A stretch of DNA of 64,000 nucleotides from Octopus vulgaris (GCA_951406725.2 OX597824.1:13206001-13270000); one strand, 5' to 3'; counted from the first letter of the stretch, positions 1 to 14,337 are shown. The notes: generated from the sequence alone by a model not told the origin. Program-made: numbers and translations.

Positions 1-96
1 GGCATACTAAATGGAAATATTGTAGAGTTTCACATGTGCAATGTTGCAAGTACAACATATTTAAACCACTGAGATCTAAATTATTTGGATTATCTA

Positions 97-331
97 CCTA
101 TTTCTTTACTACCCACAAGGGGCTAAACACAGAGAGGACAAACAAGGACAGACAACCGGATTAAGTCGATTATATCGACTCCAGTGCATAACTGGTACTT
201 ATTTAATCGACCCCGAAAGGGTGAAAGGCAAAGTCGACCTCGGCGGAATTTGAACTCAGAACGTAACGGCAGACGAAATACCACTAAGCATTTCGCCCGG
301 CGTGCTAACGTTTCTGGCAGTTCGCCCCCTT
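97..331 (-). mobile_element. tRNA-derived SINE, family A (Meta-domain-like core), full length with target-site duplication
   Basis: Minus strand has a tRNA-like head (A-box-like TGCCAGAAACGTTAGC, B-box GAGTTCAAATTCC), core GCCTTTCACCCTTTCGGGGTCGATTAAATAAGTACCAG and tail ...GTGGGTAGTAAAGAAA. ATTTGGATTATCTA is directly repeated at 83-96 and 333-346. A near-identical copy lies at 48608. Confidence 0.9.
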
Positions 332-338
332 AATTTGG

Positions 339-550
<212 letters not shown>

Positions 551-1279
551 CATTGTTATTAATCTAAACAAATATAGGAACAGAAAAAATGAAGTACAAA
601 ATGCACAGGGAATATATTAGAATTTAATTATATTTTAAAATATAAGAATACACTTGACAGGTCTGAAATTGGATTTTCAAAAGTGTACATTGTATGGAGT
701 TGTATCGCGAATTATACCTATTCTGGCCGTTCTTATAAAAAGAGTGTGTTTTTAAAGTAGAAAATGTGGGTTAGAACAGAATCCGTTAACGTAAAAATTG
801 ATTTATTACACTCGTCTGACTGCATGGATATATATTTATACCTTTAGTTATAGCGGTGTTGCTGATTATGAATATCAAAATTGTAACTCAAGGTCCATTC
901 TACATCCTAATTATAAGACGTTATTCCAGACTAAATCATGCTCTAGCATGACGACCGGAATGTTCCCCCAAACGATTCTAGAACCCTAATGAAGTCTCTT
1001 ACCGCACTACCCCAGTAGGAGCAAGGTCCCTATTCCAAAGGTAAATAATTTGCTGCTGTTCGTATCGGTGAACAACATTAGGCCCACGAAGGATCGTCCG
1101 TAACTCGATGTCTTTTATCTTTCTGGTTTTTTTTTTCACTTTTTCAGATGACTGCGGCCATGCTGGGGCACCGACTTGATCAAGATAATCAGTAATTCAA
1201 ACGGATTTAAATTGTGAACACTCATATATCTAAAATTATAAAACACGTTCTTCCTTTTATTTTAAAGTGGCAATAACAT

Positions 1280-1530
1280 GACTTAGCAGATAATTGGCAG
1301 CTATTTCCATCAATCCGAAAGACCACAGAGAGAAGCTACCTGCATGGCTGAAATGGGTTAAAGTAATATTACAAACTAAAAATACTACTTTTATAGTAAA
1401 AAAATTGAATTGAAAAAAGATACAAAAGAAGAGTAAAATTTTGTAAGCTATCGTCTGTAAATCAAAATGGAGAAAACAGCTATAGATTTTAAAATTTGGA
1501 TGATAAATGTCAATAATGTGACCAGCAACC
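1280..1530 (+). pseudogene. possible very degraded R4/Dong-type RT fragment
   Basis: Reads ..EKLPAWLKWVKVILQTKNTT.. and ..IDFK.., resembling the P.WL..G.T.LL.K and WIDYKKAFD regions of RLE-clade RTs; disrupted by stops and frameshifts. Confidence 0.3.
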
Positions 1531-1972
1531 ACAAAGAATCAACCCTATTAAATTATGACATGATATACTATATATTATTTACTTGCGGCGAAAGTAAATA
1601 CGTCTCAAGCATATTAATGTATCTGCGAACAAAGTTTGCTTTAACTCACATAATGCTGCGCACACGTATATACGTACACATTCATTCACACATACATACA
1701 TGCATACATACATACATATCCATATACACACATACACACACACACATATATATACGCACACATATATATACGCACACATACATACACATATAATATATAT
1801 TTATATATACATACATATACATACTTGCGCGCACGCATACATACACGCGCACATACATATATATGTATGGAATAAATGGCATAAACCTGAGGTCGAGACC
1901 TTTTTCTATTGAGCCTTCAGGCTTCTTGGTTGTTGGCCAAGATGTTCACCCAAAATAGCAACAAACGAATAC

Positions 1973-2017
<45 letters not shown>

Positions 2018-2159
2018 TTCTCTGTAATGTATATTATGCATTATTGTTTTTCATTTTGCTTTTACATACTTTCCAACGCATGCGTATTTCATTATCTATG
2101 GCCAATAGAAGGTGTTTATTGTTATCATCTTGGAACTGACTTTTAGATAACAAAAAACC

Positions 2160-2530
2160 GTGACACTAGTCCAACAATTTCGGGGAAGGTGTTAAGTCGA
2201 TTTCATAGACCCCGAGAGGGAAGAAAGGTAATCTCGACCTCAGCGGAATTTGCACTCCTAACGTAAAGACGGGAGAAATGCCGCTAAGCATTTTCCCCGG
2301 TGTACTAACGATTCTGCTAACTCGTCGCCTGATAAAACGTGAATAATATTAATTTCAAATTTTGGCACAAGGCCTAAAGTTTCGGAGTAAGGGGTAAGTC
2401 CATTATCTCGACCCTGTTGCGCAATTCGCACTTGTATTATCAACCCCTAAAGTATGGAATTTGTACATAAAATATAAACACGCACGAAATATTTACGAAT
2501 TTTGCTCAGCGTTCTAGCGATTCTGGCAGC
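2160..2530 (-). mobile_element. two degenerate family A SINE copies (CCTTGTGCC-tail variant)
   Basis: Homology to the family A head and core (GGAATTTG..CT...AACGTAAAGAC, CGCTAAGCATTT, TAACGATTCTGC). Confidence 0.75.
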
Positions 2531-2581
2531 TCTATGTCTTTCCCTCTTCTTAAATTTGAAACTAATATTATTTTCTACTCT

Positions 2582-2990
2582 AGGCGCAGGATTGGCTGTG
2601 TGATAAGTAGCTTGTTTACCAACCACATGGTTCTGGGTTCATTCCCACTGCGTGGCACCTTGGACAAGTGTCTACTACTATAGCCTCGGGCAGACCAAAG
2701 CTTTGTGATTGGATATGGAGGACGGAAACTGAAAGAAGCCCGTCGTATATATGCATATATAAATATGTGTGTTTGTGTATATGCTTGAGTGTCTGTGTTT
2801 GTCTCCCCAACATCGCTTGATAACCGATGGTGGTGTGTTTACGTTCCCGTAACTTAGCGGTTCGGCAAAAGAGACCGATAGAATAAGTACTACGCTTACA
2901 AAGAATAAATCCTGGGGTCGATTTGCTCTCGGCTAAAGGTGGTGATTCAGCATGGCCGCAATCAAATGGCCGAAACAAATGAAAGAAAGT
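2582..2990 (+). mobile_element. tRNA-derived SINE, family B
   Basis: Head GGCGCAGGA.TGGCTGTGTG..AAG, B-box GGGTTCA.TCCC, CCTTGG.CAAGTG box, internal (TA/TG) tract, tail GGTGGTG..TCAGCATGGCCGCA..CAAATG.C.GAAAC. At least ten copies in the window. Confidence 0.9.
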
Positions 2991-3014
2991 AAAATAGTAA
3001 TATATATATATAAG

Positions 3015-3385
3015 AAGATTGCTTCACAAGCACATAGCTCCGGGTTCAGTCGCACTACGCGGCACCTTGGGCAAGTGTCGTTTATTACAGCCTTGGGCCG
3101 ACACCAAAGCCTTGTGAGTGGATTTGATAAACGGAAACTGAAAGAAGCCTATCATATATATACATATGTTTGTGTGTCTGTGTTTCTGCCCCAACCATCG
3201 CCTCACAACCGATGCTGGTGTTTACGTCCATGTAGCATAGTGGTTCGGTAAAATAGTTCGATAGAATAAGTACGAGGCTTACAAAAACTAAGTCCCGGAG
3301 TCGATTCTTCCGACTAAAGTTGGTGCTCCAGCATAGCCGCAGTCAAATGACTGAAGCCACTAAAAGAATAAAAGGATAAAAGAAT
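3015..3385 (+). mobile_element. SINE family B, slightly 5'-truncated
   Basis: Colinear with the copy at 2582-2990. Confidence 0.88.
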
Positions 3386-3559
3386 ATATATTTACACACA
3401 CACATGCGTATATATGTCTATATATATACATAATTATAGATATGTTTGTCTATATATATATTTTAAAAATAATGTAAGAATATGCATTGAGAGCTTTGTC
3501 AGAGAGATAGAGTAAAAAAAGAAGAATTTGTCATATTAATAGAAAAATAAATTTAAATG

Positions 3560-3825
3560 ACGGAGATGAACTTGCATAGCAAGTGACCTAATCTGAGATC
3601 GTGTGCTGAAACAAAAACAATTGCCTCGTGGAAGTTTTTTATAAACCATTTAAATACACACAAAACCTGTTAGATTCACTTTAACAATTACATTTAATTT
3701 GTCAAAATATTTTCGACGCTTTGAGACCGTGACCTGTTCACTGACAGAATTCCGTGCTGCACGGAAGTGAATCTAATGGTTTTTGCGTGTATTTAAATGG
3801 CTTATAAACACCTTCCACGCTGAAA
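3560..3825. mobile_element. interspersed repeat with a ~55 bp internal inverted duplication (inverted Penelope-type terminus or fold-back)
   Basis: 3627-3681 is the reverse complement of 3765-3819; a junction palindrome TTCCGTGCTGCACGGAA lies at 3750-3766. Confidence 0.55.
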
Positions 3826-3948
3826 TTTAAATGAATTAAATTAAATTGATCAATAATAACAACTCTGGAAGTTCACATGTTTTATTTTTCTAATAAAATT
3901 CACATGGTGCTTGTAAGCGACTGTCTGTTGCTGGGTAGTAGCCAGCTG

Positions 3949-3980
3949 TATAAAAGGGTCAACGGATAGAGATGTCAGTA
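3949..3980 (+). promoter_or_regulatory. TATA box + initiator-like core promoter, possibly from a DNA transposon relic
   Basis: TATAAAAG at 3949-3956 and TCAGT at 3975-3979 (A is 28 nt after the TATA start); the downstream ATG is closed by a stop after three codons. Confidence 0.3.
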
Positions 3981-4193
3981 GTTGGTACTTTACTGTTGAG
4001 TAATGAGATCACTATGTCGGACTAAAAATTTCGGAGTAACATAAGAAACTACGTCTACTGAACTCAAAGTAAAACTGTCAAAATGTTTTTCAGAAATTAG
4101 TGAGTTCAACAAATTGTGTATAGTTAGATTTACAAATTCAAGAAAACATGCTTACATATATACATATATAAATAGATATACATACATAAATAC

Positions 4194-4282
<89 letters not shown>

Positions 4283-4358
4283 AATATGTATATATATATA
4301 TATGTATATGCATATGTATACATACATACATATATATATATATAATATATATATATCG

Positions 4359-4411
<53 letters not shown>

Positions 4412-4424
4412 GTTATTTTCTTAC

Positions 4425-4456
4425 AAACCCGAGCAACGCCGGGTGATACTGTAGTA
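4425..4456 (+). mobile_element. Helitron-like 3' terminus
   Basis: Short GC hairpin CCCGAGCAACGCCGGG followed about 8 nt later by a degenerate CTRR/T end (CTGTAGT). Confidence 0.45.
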
Positions 4457-4511
4457 TGTATATATATATATGTATATATATATATTTATATATATGTATA
4501 TATATATATGA

Positions 4512-4689
4512 TAGATCGGATAGCCAGTACACACATTTTCTTCTCTCCTTGTTTCTTTCTGTGGAAGAGCGAAGGCTCGAAACGTAAATGACTTTTTCTA
4601 TTCCTGAGCGTTACACTAATACATCTGTTCGTTGTGTACACCACCCGTCTTCGTATTTTGTTTTTTTTCGTGAATTCTCTCCTCCCCCC

Positions 4690-4690
<1 letters not shown>
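4512..4690 (+). mobile_element. solo Penelope terminal repeat (pLTR) with hammerhead-like motif
   Basis: Homologous to the 3' end of the Penelope element (39630-39828); CTGTGGA-A-GAGC-GAAG-GCTC-GAAA-CGTA at 4559-4586; flanked by (TA)n. Confidence 0.8.
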
Positions 4691-4717
<27 letters not shown>

Positions 4718-4721
<4 letters not shown>

Positions 4722-5612
4722 AGGAGGAGTTAAACTTTTTTAGTATTTTTCTTGTACTTGTCTCTCGTTGTTTGTTTACGTATTTTTCGCTCGTTGGTGA
4801 TGTCCTGTAATTCATGTGTATTTTTTCATTTTTATTTAATAATTGACCACCACGTGGTGTTGAACTTTTTCAACACCACGCGACTCTATTCTCTGCCTAT
4901 TTTCTTTCGTTCTTTCTTTCTTTCTTTCTTTCTTTCTCTCTCTCTCTCTCTCTCTCGCTCTCCCCTACATCTATAATCCTCTATATTTCTTTTTCTTCTC
5001 CTCCTTCATTGCTGTCCCCCGTCTGGCCTTCTTTCACTCTCTATCTTTCTTTCCTTTTCCCTTCTCACTTGCATCTTTCTTTCCTTTTATCTTCTCACTC
5101 GCATCTTTCTTTCCCTCATCCTCTTTCTTGTCCCTTTCCAGTCTGCCTGTTGCTCACACCTAACTACAGACCATCTTTCTCGTGGATGGGACGCCCACCT
5201 GGCTGGACGTTATTTCCTTCGCATCTCGATATCCTTTTTGTCTCTTCTATTTATTCTATATCCTTTAAAATTTTTTTCCCAGGCGTTACCCATTACCATT
5301 CATCTTGGCCTAACGGCTCTAAAAGTCCGTCTTCATCTATTATTTCCGTACGTGCACTCTGGTGTCGATTGTTTGTTCGAAGCCCTAACCCGCCACAAAT
5401 GTTATATTCTAAAACTTTCTGGATGCTGCTGTTTTATGAAGTTTTCCTGTCTTGTTAAAAGAGGGAAACAAGTAGTAATAAACAGTCAGCAACTGAGGAG
5501 GAGTTAGACTTCCTTTGGTATTTTGTCCCGTACTTATCTCTCGTTGTGTGTTTACATATTTTTTGCTCCTTGGTGATGTCCTTCATTTAATGTGCATTTT
5601 TTCATTGTTATT
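4718..5612 (+). mobile_element. probable Penelope-like 3' region with a directly repeated terminus
   Basis: 4719-4830 and 5493-5607 are diverged direct repeats starting CTGAGGAGGAGTTA; pyrimidine-rich interior; (TA)n flanks; related to 8200-8820 (minus). Confidence 0.5.
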
Positions 5613-5657
5613 ATATACATATATGCATATATATATGTTTACACACGCACGTATCTA

Positions 5658-5708
<51 letters not shown>

Positions 5709-5860
5709 GCAACATTCGTTATCTCTCGACAACGGGGTCATAACCCCAAAATATTGAATGCAAGGTAAGTCTACATTAATTGTGATTTACCTTGCAATTA
5801 CTTCGCATCGCTTTGGCCTTACCCACGATCTTTTATACAATATATATACATATACATATG

Positions 5861-5939
<79 letters not shown>

Positions 5940-5942
<3 letters not shown>

Positions 5943-6066
5943 TAAAAAAGTATACAAACTGGGACAAGAACGTGAAACATTTAGAAGACGACACAAAAAA
6001 AAACACGGACGGGACATTCGAAGTCCTCAATCATCAGTCAAGAACCGGATCATCTCCGCAATTTCA
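5940..6066 (-). mobile_element. solo terminal repeat of the 45-47 kb family (probable PLE)
   Basis: Reverse complement GAAATTGCGGAGATGATCCGGTTCTTGACTGATGATTGAGGACTTCGAATG matches 45654-45710 and 47066-47117. Confidence 0.6.
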
Positions 6067-6077
6067 TATATATATAT

Positions 6078-6460
6078 ATGGCATCGAGAGTTACACAAAT
6101 GCCAGAACTGGGCGCCACTGCATAGTGCCAAGGACCCCAAATTTGCCATCAAGATGTAGGACAAGATACTGTGATAGCCTGGGCGTCCGAGGCCCACAGC
6201 TCTTCAATATCCTCACGAAGAACCTAAGAGACCTGCATGGGATGGATACAGATGTCTTTAAAATGAAACTGGATCTCTTCTTGTCAGGTATCCCAGATGA
6301 ACCAACTTCACGGCAGGAGGTGCAGATGAGGGCAGCTGCATCGAACTCTATCATGCACCAAATGGCAATTGCTAAAAATCATTCGTGAAGTAAAATCATG
6401 TAGCAACACCAAATGGCGGTGCCCCAGCATGGCCACAGCTTGTGAGCTGAAACTAGATAA
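6078..6460 (+). mobile_element. CR1/L2-group LINE 3' fragment (ORF2 C-terminus + 3' UTR)
   Basis: GIESYTNARTGRHC..RGPQLFNIL..DVFKMKLDLFLSGIPDEP is homologous to the ORF2 ends at 33.5 and 40.5 kb; stop at 6388; structured tail at 6415-6457. Confidence 0.85.
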
Positions 6461-7110
6461 AAAATATATATATACATATATTTATATATACCAATATCTA
6501 TATTTATGTATATCTGTACATCCGTCTAATCTATCTATCTCCGTATTTGTTTGAGTGTGCGCGTGTGCGAGCATATATGTATGTATATGTATGCAAGTTT
6601 GTATTCAGTATGTGGACTGTGCTTGCGAATGTTGCATGGCGAAAGCGAATGTAAATGCAGCATGGGACTTAAGCATACGGGATTAAGTGAAACAACAATA
6701 AACAGCCTAATTTGTATCAAATAGAAAAGACAATACGATAGCAATAATTAGCAAAGGTAATTAAAAGCTTCAACATAATGAGGTAAATATATGAGAAGCT
6801 GACTTTAGTAATGAGGTATAATCGAATGTCCATTATTAACTCATACAAAATTTCATACGCAAAACTACAGCCGGTTCACTCTGAGGAAAACTAGAAATGG
6901 ATTGTGTCAGTTCATATGAAGTACGAGTAAGGGTCACACAGTGGAATAAATTACGTGGGCGCCAGGAAGAGGAAATGTCTATTGGTCTGTATAGGATCCT
7001 TTGTCTGAATAGGTAGAGAGGAAATAGTATTGTAGCGTTGAATAAGTAGATTATATATATATATTCATACGCGCACTCACACACACATATACACATACAT
7101 ACATACATAC

Positions 7111-7168
<58 letters not shown>

Positions 7169-7194
7169 ACACACACACACATATATATATTTGT

Positions 7195-7228
<34 letters not shown>

Positions 7229-7328
7229 ACATATATATATATAACCATTTATATATATGTATGCATAAATTTGCGTAAATATAGATATGCATATATCTAC
7301 ATATATCTATATATACATACATGCATAC

Positions 7329-7384
<56 letters not shown>

Positions 7385-7844
7385 GTATATTTATATATAT
7401 GTGTACATACATATATACATACGTACACATACATACATATGTAGATATATATGTTCATATGTGAGCGATTGTATGTCTGTGTGTATGTATGAGCGCACTA
7501 AAATCGCAGACATAATGTCGATTCCTCATCTCAGCTGACGTTCTTATCACTTATCACACCATAAGCACTGGAATGATGAGCGATAAAAAGGCGAGCGCCA
7601 AAGTGGAATCAATACCAAGACAGAGAATTCAGGGCATATTTTCATATCTTACTCTATCGAACTCGTTACTAAATAAATTTTCTCCTAGAACTTGCTGTCT
7701 TCTACAAACACACAAATACATTCACACACACGCACAAACACACATATACACACGCACGCACACATGAGCACACACATACATACACAACTTCCTTACACAG
7801 CTGCTTAGCACTATTTTGAAATACATACATATATATGTACATAT

Positions 7845-7901
<57 letters not shown>

Positions 7902-8075
7902 CGTACATATATACATACGTACATATATATACAAATATATATATATATGTATATATATGCATATATATACATATATATATATGTTTATATATGTATATAT
8001 ATACATATATATATACATATACATACGTACATATATATATACATATATACATATATACATATATATATATGTCTG

Positions 8076-8108
<33 letters not shown>

Positions 8109-8199
8109 ATTGTGTAATAAATAAATATATGCATACATACAAACATGTATGTACGTACCTACATCTACATGTATATATACATGCATATATAAAAATATA

Positions 8200-8820
8200 T
8201 ACGTAAGTACAGGACACCACAACTAGACGTAGAACTCAACGAGAAACGAAAACGGAAAAGCTATTTTTTCACGGAACTCAAAGAGAAACGAAAACGGGAA
8301 AAACAATTTTTTTTTTTATGACAGAAAAACAGAGTACAGGACATACTACACAAGGAAAAATCCCCAATCATCAGCTGTCGCTAGTTAGACTCAAGCGTGT
8401 TTCGAAGGCAAGACAGGACACGACTCGTCAAAACTAGGCCTTCCTGCGAGAGAATTAAAATAAAATTACCTCGCAGGGGGCTAAAAACAAGCAAGAAAAA
8501 AATGTAACACAAACAGGACGTAAAAATAAAATTGCACAATAAAATACACGATAAAAATACATGTACAAGAAAATACAAAACGAGAAAACAAACGAGAAAA
8601 CCAAACGAAAAGGCCTTTTTTCTGGCAGAGACGGAGGATGTTCTAGCAGCGCATGGAAACACGACATTACAGTTTGAAAGCAGCGTGCAAAAGGAAGTGG
8701 TTTTGGCTAGCAGTGACAAAGATGAGGAGGAGTGAGAGAGAGAGAGAGAGATAGAGGAAGACGAGCGGCTGAGAGAGAGATGAGGAAGAGTGAGAGGGAG
8801 AGAGAGAGTGGGGAAGGTAA
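8200..8820 (-). mobile_element. probable Penelope-like 3' region / terminal repeat
   Basis: Same layout as 4.7-5.6 kb on the opposite strand (pyrimidine tract, then GAAA..CTGATGA, then a T-rich end into (TA)n). Confidence 0.45.
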
Positions 8821-9245
8821 AGCAATGTGAGTAATTTAGAATTCTTCATTGCTTGTCCATATTAATTTACATAGGTGACAAGGATTGAGGGATCAAGTGG
8901 CGTATTGGCTTTTAACTTGTAGTCGCTTTTAAAAAACAATATGTACTGCAGTGAGAAATTATATGCTCTTGACTGTAACCCCGTTACTGGTGCAGTTTCG
9001 TATTCCGGGACACAAGGTTTTGTACTTCGACTCAAATCCTGTACATCAGGCAGAGAGCATCGTTGGCTTTACCCTTCTCTCAGTGTGATATATTGATTCA
9101 AATATGTAATAGCTTTTAGTAGCAGATTTATTCAAGAAAGAGTTAATCCTCCATATTCCTTCGTAATTTGTAATACACGCAGCTGAATGAAGTTTTGAGT
9201 AGGCCGTGGTGTATTTAAGAACATAATTTTACTCTTGTTCCCAAT

Positions 9246-9580
9246 AGGCGCAGGAGTGGCTGTGTGGTAAGTAGCTTGCTAACCAACCACATGGTTCCGG
9301 GTTCAGTCCCACTGCGTGGCATCTTGGGCAAGTGTCTTCTGCTATAGCCCCGGGCCGACCAATGCCTTGTGAGTGGATGTGTGGATGTGTTTGTCCCCCT
9401 AGCATTGCTTGACAACCGATGCTGGTGTGTTTACGTCCCCGTCACTTAGCGGTTCGGCAAAAGAGACCGATAGAATAAGTACAAAGAATAAGTGCCGGGG
9501 TCGATTTGCTCGACTAAAGGCGGTGCTCCAGCATGGCCGCAGTCAAATGACTGAAACAAGAAAAAAGAGTACAAAAGAGT
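9246..9580 (+). mobile_element. SINE family B with internal deletion
   Basis: Intact head and tail; lacks the GACGGAAACTGAAAGAAGCC segment. Confidence 0.9.
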
Positions 9581-9984
9581 AATAGGATCGTATTTCTTAT
9601 GCATTTGATAATTAAAATCCTGAAGTAATCCGGGGCAAAAGAAGTAGAAGTAGGAGAAATGCTTCTGTTTGGGCATTTCTTGCTGGGCAACATTGATCTC
9701 TATGTGTACGTGTTTTTTTTGTTGTTGTTGTTGGAGTCGTTATCGTTAAACAGACAATCAGAAAGACCTAAATTAATGCTTCCCGTGTCTGCAAAGAGTA
9801 TGTCTGGCTACAAAGCTTGTTTGTTTCTTTGTTTGTTTTTTTCCGTTCTGTTCTTTTCAATACTTGTTTTCTTTTATTCTTTTATTATTTTTTGTTAGTA
9901 TTACTCAATTCACTTGACACCATTATGAATTATACCGAGGCAAAGGAACAGACTATAATGTTCAAATAAAGTTCAAATGAATTT

Positions 9985-10089
9985 ATTACTATTAATGTTG
10001 TTGCTTTTGTTATTGTTGTTGTTGTTGTTATTATTATTATCATTATTATTATTATTACCATTATTATTATCATTATTATTATAATTATT

Positions 10090-10151
<62 letters not shown>

Positions 10152-10239
10152 TATTATTATCATTATTATTATAATTATTATTGTTGTTGTTGTTGTTGTT
10201 CTTCTTCTTCTTCTTCTTTTTCTTCTTTTTCTTCTTTTT

Positions 10240-10270
<31 letters not shown>

Positions 10271-10288
10271 TTATTATTATTATTAATA

Positions 10289-10329
<41 letters not shown>

Positions 10330-10382
10330 ATTATTATTATTATTATTATTATTGTTGTTATTATTATTATTATTATTATTAA

Positions 10383-10413
<31 letters not shown>

Positions 10414-10415
10414 TT
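9985..10415. repeat. compound (TTA)/(TTG)/(CTT) microsatellite
   Basis: Direct tandem trinucleotide repeats. Confidence 0.97.
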
Positions 10416-10876
10416 CGTGAATGGCAATTTAATAAAATTAACTTGCCTTGTGAAATGAAATAGTTATAAATGTAAAAAAATATTGATTCAGTGCATTATG
10501 AAAAAAGAAACAAAAACAAAAACAAAAAACAAAGAAAAAACATGAATCCAAATAAACGGTGAAACAGTTAACATACAATATCGTCGAAGTTGAACCAAAA
10601 GGAAATAAAATGTTCAATAGAATTCCTTTTTTTTTAAAAAAAAATGAAGAACTGGAGTGAAAATTAATTGAATAAAAACTCATTAGTTTTGTAAACAGGC
10701 GCTCTGCACATGAAAACTAACATCTCATTTATGAAAATCCTTAGCAAAACAAATTCAAAGACTAGTCAAGATTGAGAGACGAAATAGCACGTCAAACTCG
10801 CTGAAAATCTAAATAATAATAATAATAATATCGACAATAACAGCAATAGTAATGATAATAATAATAATGATAATAA

Positions 10877-10939
<63 letters not shown>

Positions 10940-10944
10940 TGATG

Positions 10945-11002
<58 letters not shown>

Positions 11003-11004
<2 letters not shown>

Positions 11005-11532
11005 GTGAATGTCTAATACATAAAAAAAATAATAATAACAAATAAATAAAAAAAAAAGTTTGTTTTAAACCTTGGGATTACATAGAGAGTATTTTGCGTA
11101 GGATATGAGCAGTTCCCATGAGCACTATCTTTTGAATTTCTGCCATTTTGGGGTTTCCTGGTATCTGAGTTAGGTAGCAATCAGTCCCTTTCGCTATCAT
11201 CCCCAGGGCACCTATGACAACAGGTATTGTTTTAGTCTTCAGCTTCCACATTTTGCTGATTTCTATTTCAAGATCTTTATATTTGCTCAGTTTTTGGTAG
11301 GTCTTGACAGATACGTTTATATCGATTGGGACAGTCATATCAATGAGGAGGCATGTTCTTTGTCTGAAGTCTTTCAATATAATGTCTGGCCTATTTGCAT
11401 CTATCTTCCTGTCAGTTTGAATGGTGAAGTTCCAGAGGAGTGAGATGTGGTCGTTTTCAAGCACAGGAGGTGGATTGTGTTCCCACCAGTTTTTTTCATG
11501 GGGCAAATCCAGGTTTTGGCAAATCCAGGTTT

Positions 11533-11534
<2 letters not shown>
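11003..11534 (-). mobile_element. R4/Dong-type non-LTR retrotransposon fragment: restriction-like endonuclease domain
   Basis: ORF 11078-11506: WNFTIQTDRKIDANRPDII..LIDMTVP..KLSKYKDL..PVVIGALG..QKIVLMGTAHILR, i.e. the PD..D..K..KY RLE signature. Confidence 0.92.
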
Positions 11535-11589
<55 letters not shown>

Positions 11590-11625
11590 TGATAATGATG
11601 ATAATAATAATAATAATAGTAATAG

Positions 11626-11661
<36 letters not shown>

Positions 11662-11675
11662 GAATAATAATAATG

Positions 11676-11809
<134 letters not shown>

Positions 11810-11831
11810 TTAATAATAATAATAATAATAA

Positions 11832-12226
11832 GAGTTTGACAAGCTCAGAAAATATAAAGACCTGCTCATTGAAATTGAGAAAATGTGGCATCTCAAGGCG
11901 GTTACAATACCAGTAATCGTAGGAGCACTAGGAATGATCAAGAAGGGAACCGAAAATTACATGAGAATGATCCCTGGCTTACCATCCCTGCAAGAAATGC
12001 AACAGATTGTCTTAACTGGTTCATCACACGTATTGAGAAGAGCATTGTCGCTGTGAGAGCTGTTACTGCCCATGTATTTTAATTTAACCTTAAAAAAAAA
12101 AATGAACGAACTATTGAGTTTGGTTTAATGGCCTACCAATTTATACTATGAGTTTCTTTGCCCTAGGAGTCGGGAAGACGCTCGGCTAGAAATGGAAGCA
12201 AATTTGAAAGAAGAAAAAAAAAAAAT
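11832..12226 (+). mobile_element. second R4/Dong-type RLE C-terminal fragment with 3' UTR
   Basis: Frame 11832-12056 (not in the ORF track): EFDKLRKYKDLLIEIEKMWHLKAVTIPVIVGALGMIKKG..MQQIVLTGSSHVLRRALSL*; ends in an A-rich tail running into (AAT)n. Confidence 0.9.
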
Positions 12227-12234
12227 AATAATAC

Positions 12235-12275
<41 letters not shown>

Positions 12276-12290
12276 ATAATAATAATAATA

Positions 12291-12965
<675 letters not shown>

Positions 12966-12982
12966 AAATAATAATAGTAACA

Positions 12983-13042
<60 letters not shown>

Positions 13043-13409
13043 TTGATGAGGACGACGATAATGATGACAACGATGACGACGATGACGATTATGATGATTA
13101 TGATGATGAGGATGATGGTGGTGGTGGTGGTGGAGGTGATCAAATAGAAGGAGCGAGGCTTGTTTATTACAATGTGATACGTTAATGCTTAATGAAAACA
13201 CGATTTATCACAAACGATGAACAAAGAATTTAAGGGAACATCAATCAGAATAAACCAGCGTAATCTATAATAAAATTAGCTGGAAACAAAGGCGATAATC
13301 AATGCGTTAAGTAATCTCCTTTGCGTAACATCTGCGGATGTATCGTAGGAAACTGGTTTCCACCTTAATAGAGTATGTGACTTATCACTTAACACTATGA
13401 ATTAAAAAA

Positions 13410-13729
13410 AGACTCCGCCGGTTACGACGACGAGGGTCCCAGCTGATACGATCAACGGAACAGCTTGCTCGTGAAATTAACGTGCAAATGGCTGAGCATT
13501 CCACAGACACGTGTACCCTTAACGTAGTTCTCGGGGATAATCAGCGTGACACAGAGAGTGACAAGGCTGACCCTTTGAAATACAAGTACAACTCATTTTT
13601 GCCAGCTGAGTGGACTGGAGCAACGTGAAATAAAGTGTCTTGCTCAAGGGCACAACGCGTCGCCGGGAATCGAACTCACAACCTTACGATCATGAGCCGA
13701 ATGCTCTAACCACTAAGCCACGCGCCCTC
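13410..13729 (-). mobile_element. tRNA-derived SINE, family C
   Basis: Minus-strand head GGCGCGTGGCTTAGTGGTTAG..GAGTTCGATTCCC and CCTTGAGCAAGACAC box; colinear with 44267-44588. Confidence 0.9.
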
Positions 13730-14050
13730 ACAACACTATGAATAAAAAGGCTCAATAAACGATTAGTATAAGCAGATAAGAGCTGTCCTTTCACGTAGTG
13801 GAATAAATAGGACTTGGGTTTAATATCAAGAGAAAATAAAAATGATATCAGGAAAAATGCAGTATGGGAAAACAAAAAGAGAAGTGATTCCCCTGAAAGT
13901 GAAATATAAATTAGTGGAGCTGAGATGGGCGCAAATGTATGCCCGTTAGAACGTTAAGAAAATCATAAATGTGGTCCTCAGCATATATAGCCCTTGGTGT
14001 ACCAAAGCTTCGTGAGTGGATTTGATAAAAGAAGCCCGATAGAACTAACC

Positions 14051-14121
<71 letters not shown>

Positions 14122-14262
14122 ATAGATAGTTGTCATTTGTTGTAGTACAGCGTATGCATGTATACGCACACACATCTATGTATATATATATATACATATA
14201 TCTATATATCTATATATATATATATATATATATGCGTGTGTGTATGTATGTATTTATGTATG

Positions 14263-14296
<34 letters not shown>

Positions 14297-14306
14297 TGTA
14301 TGTATG

Positions 14307-14337
<31 letters not shown>

